From contig JAPOWR010000001.1 in the NCBI GenBank assembly GCA_026707545.1, positions 1,329,778 through 1,393,777 of the forward strand: a stretch of 64,000 nucleotides of DNA. The letters run 5' to 3'. A program made the position numbers and the translations under genes. The stretch is from Acidobacteriota bacterium. Lineage in GTDB: Bacteria; Acidobacteriota; Thermoanaerobaculia; Multivoradales; Multivoraceae. This document shows positions 62,004-64,000 of this stretch, one piece after another; the first letter of the stretch is position 1; every line of letters starts with the position of its first letter. Below the pieces are notes generated by a model that saw only the letters and a list, made by a program, of their open reading frames with translations, searched no databases and was not told the DNA's origin.

Positions 62004-62471
62004 ATGGGTACCGCCATCGATTCCGACTTCCTCCGACGCCTCGAGCGTCTCGTGGCGAGCCACTCGTGCGAGTTGCTCGACGCCGCGTTTCGGGGCAGCA
62101 GTCTGCGTCTAGTGATCGATCACGCCGACGGCGTCACCCACGAACACTGCGCCGGCGTCTCCAGGGAGGCGTCCGTCCTCCTCGACGCCGAGGACTTCGG
62201 CCCCGCCTCCGGATACGTGCTGGAAGTCAGCTCGCCGGGACTCGACCGCGAACTCTACGGCGCCCGCGACTACGAGCGCTTCCGCGGACGGCGGGCTCAG
62301 GTCACCTTCACCGATGCCGCGAGCGGAAACCGCCGCACGGTACGTGGTCTCCTGGAAGGGCTGAGTGCCGAGGCTTCCGGTGTCGCACTCATCCTGGAGG
62401 ACGACAGCGGCACGACCATGCCCTTGACCATCGACCGCATTCACAAGGCCAGACTCCTGGTCGAACTCTGA
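62004..62471 (+). CDS. rimP: Ribosome maturation factor RimP
   Basis: 155 aa. RimP/DUF150 pattern (LEVSSPGLDRELYGARDYERF). Confidence 0.85.
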   Translation: MGTAIDSDFLRRLERLVASHSCELLDAAFRGSSLRLVIDHADGVTHEHCAGVSREASVLLDAEDFGPASGYVLEVSSPGLDRELYGARDYERFRGRRAQVTFTDAASGNRRTVRGLLEGLSAEASGVALILEDDSGTTMPLTIDRIHKARLLVEL

Positions 62472-62488
62472 CTCCGGGGAATCCGACA

Positions 62489-63928
62489 ATGGCTCAGCCA
62501 CACACTCCCGAAGTGAACATCAACGAGGTCCTCAGGCAGGTCGCCCACGAGAAGGACATCGATCTCGACCGGTGGATCGTCGCCCTCGAGGATGCGGTGG
62601 CCTCCGCGGCCAAGAAGCAGCACCACATCAAGGAGCCGGTGCGCTCCTACATGGACCGCGAAACCGGTCAGTTCAGCGCATTCAGCTACCGCCTGGTCGT
62701 GGACGAGGTCGAAGACCCGTTCGCCGAATGGACTCTCGAAGAGGCGCGCGAGCACAAGGAGGACGCCGAGGTCGGCGAGGAGATCGAGTTCCCGATCTCC
62801 ACCCAGGGGCTAGGCCGGATCGCCGCCCAGTCGGCGAAGCAGGTGCTCTATCAGCGGGTTCGGGAAGCCGAGCGAGAGAAGATCTACGGCGAGTTCGAGA
62901 ACCGTGTCGGCGAGGTGGTCAACGGCACCGTGAGACGCTTCGAGCGCGGCGACATCATCGTCGACCTCGGTCGCACCGAGGCGATCGTGCCCCGCAGCGA
63001 ACAGTCCCGCCACGAGCGCTACAGCCAGGGCGAGCGGATCCGGGGCGTGATCGTCGAGGTGCACAAGCAGCCCAAGGGACCTCAGATCGTGATGTCCCGC
63101 ACCGATCCGCGCCTGCTGGTCAAGCTGTTCGAGATGGAAGTGCCGGAGATCTACGACGGCACCGTGGTCATCAAGACGGCGGTGCGCGCTCCCGGGGAAC
63201 GCGCCAAAGTGGCCGTCCTGAGCCGGGAACGCGACGTCGACCCGGTCGGCGCCTGCGTCGGCATGAAGGGGTCGCGCGTGCAGTCGATCATCCGTGAACT
63301 CCGGGGCGAGAAAATCGACATCATCGAGTACTCGGAAGATCAGGTCACCTTCGCGCAGAGCGCGCTGGCGCCGGCACGGATTACCCGCGTCTCGGTGACC
63401 CACGAAGGCGCGACGCCGCACCTCGACGTGATCGTCGAGGACGAGCAGCTGTCGCTGGCGATCGGCAAGCGGGGCCAGAACGTGCGCCTCGCCAGCGAAC
63501 TCATCGGTGCCCGGATCGACATCAAGAGCGAAACGGACGTCAAGGACGAGGTCGCCGACGCGCTGGCGAAAATGCTGAACGTCGACCGCGGTGCGGACGA
63601 ACTCGACCTCACCGAGATCCCGGGAGTCGACGAGGGACTGGCGATCGCCCTCTCGGAAGCAGGCTTCGATGGGCTCGAAACCCTCGAGAGCGCAGGCCTG
63701 GAAGCTCTGACCATGGTTCCAGGTGTCGACGAGGCGCTGGCCGCGTCGATCCTCGAATGGACCGCCGAACGCTCCGGGTCGGCCGAGGTCAGCGAAGCGG
63801 CGGTGGAAGGCGACGGCCCCGCGATGGATGAAGATGACTTCATGGCCGCGCTCAACCGCGTCTTCGAGGAGGAGGCCGGAACCGCGGACGAGGGCGACGA
63901 GAAGGACACGGGGGACGGCGCAACCTAG
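62489..63928 (+). CDS. nusA: Transcription termination/antitermination factor NusA
   Basis: Start at MAQPHTPEVNINEV (ATG 62489). S1 and KH1/KH2 domains (VGACVGMKGSRVQSIIREL), acidic C-terminal repeat. 479 aa. Confidence 0.9.
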   Translation: MAQPHTPEVNINEVLRQVAHEKDIDLDRWIVALEDAVASAAKKQHHIKEPVRSYMDRETGQFSAFSYRLVVDEVEDPFAEWTLEEAREHKEDAEVGEEIEFPISTQGLGRIAAQSAKQVLYQRVREAEREKIYGEFENRVGEVVNGTVRRFERGDIIVDLGRTEAIVPRSEQSRHERYSQGERIRGVIVEVHKQPKGPQIVMSRTDPRLLVKLFEMEVPEIYDGTVVIKTAVRAPGERAKVAVLSRERDVDPVGACVGMKGSRVQSIIRELRGEKIDIIEYSEDQVTFAQSALAPARITRVSVTHEGATPHLDVIVEDEQLSLAIGKRGQNVRLASELIGARIDIKSETDVKDEVADALAKMLNVDRGADELDLTEIPGVDEGLAIALSEAGFDGLETLESAGLEALTMVPGVDEALAASILEWTAERSGSAEVSEAAVEGDGPAMDEDDFMAALNRVFEEEAGTADEGDEKDTGDGAT

Positions 63929-63968
63929 GGCGCCTGAGCCGACACGACGCAAGGGGAACCGAGGACTC

Positions 63969-64000
63969 CATGGCAAAAATCCGGCTCCAGGACCTGGCCA
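63969..64000 (+). CDS. infB: Translation initiation factor IF-2 (N-terminal 10 codons only; continues beyond the window)
   Basis: MAKIRLQDLA matches the conserved IF-2 N-terminus (MxKxRxYELAK). Expected gene order rimP-nusA-infB. Confidence 0.55.

Noticed and set aside
61967-63928. 653-aa ORF extending NusA upstream across rimP
   Set aside because: The upstream 174 codons are out of frame with rimP and low-complexity. NusA homology starts at the ATG at 62489, 17 bp after the rimP stop.

Overview
This 64 kb window is high-GC (visually about 68-70%) bacterial chromosomal DNA, densely packed with core metabolic and housekeeping genes. I did not recognise any rRNA, tRNA, CRISPR array, transposase or integrase.

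Genes in order:
- A phospholipid-headgroup operon: psd (5' partial), pssA, trxB.
- A TRAP transporter whose genes are split around a divergent pair of GcvT-family aminomethyltransferase and dimethylglycine-dehydrogenase-like genes.
- MATE efflux, SDR and PPOX-like genes.
- A tandem pair of paralogous small membrane proteins plus DUF2085.
- asnS, rnc, mutL, recO, mgtE.
- RidA, an LLM-class oxidoreductase, a hicAB toxin-antitoxin pair, a CoA-transferase, GST and TerC.
- A complete coenzyme F420 biosynthesis cluster (fno-cofE-cofD-cofC-fbiC) followed by a second LLM-class oxidoreductase.
- A PaaK-like CoA ligase with a TAXI-type TRAP system, a PQQ-like beta-propeller and an M16 peptidase.
- nfuA and the full Na+-translocating NADH:quinone reductase operon nqrABCDEF-apbE-nqrM.
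- A large fusion of 2-phosphoglycerate-kinase-like and archaeal-type iPGM-like domains.
- A TrmH-like methyltransferase.
- A minus-strand block: htrA, sigma54 response regulator, B12-binding domain protein, valS, birA.
- rimP-nusA-infB (infB 3' partial).

The most unusual local signals are:
- a 24-codon ORF embedded in a ~31-bp direct duplication between nqrD and nqrE;
- two inverted copies of a ~170-bp palindromic repeat flanking apbE;
- a probable 1-nt frameshift at the apbE signal peptide;
- a hicA with no in-frame stop codon;
- several genes with non-canonical or overlapping starts;
- the F420 cluster, whose standalone CofE leaves the phospho-acid donor route open.

Many long ORFs in the six-frame track are antisense or out-of-frame artefacts of the high GC content and were not called.
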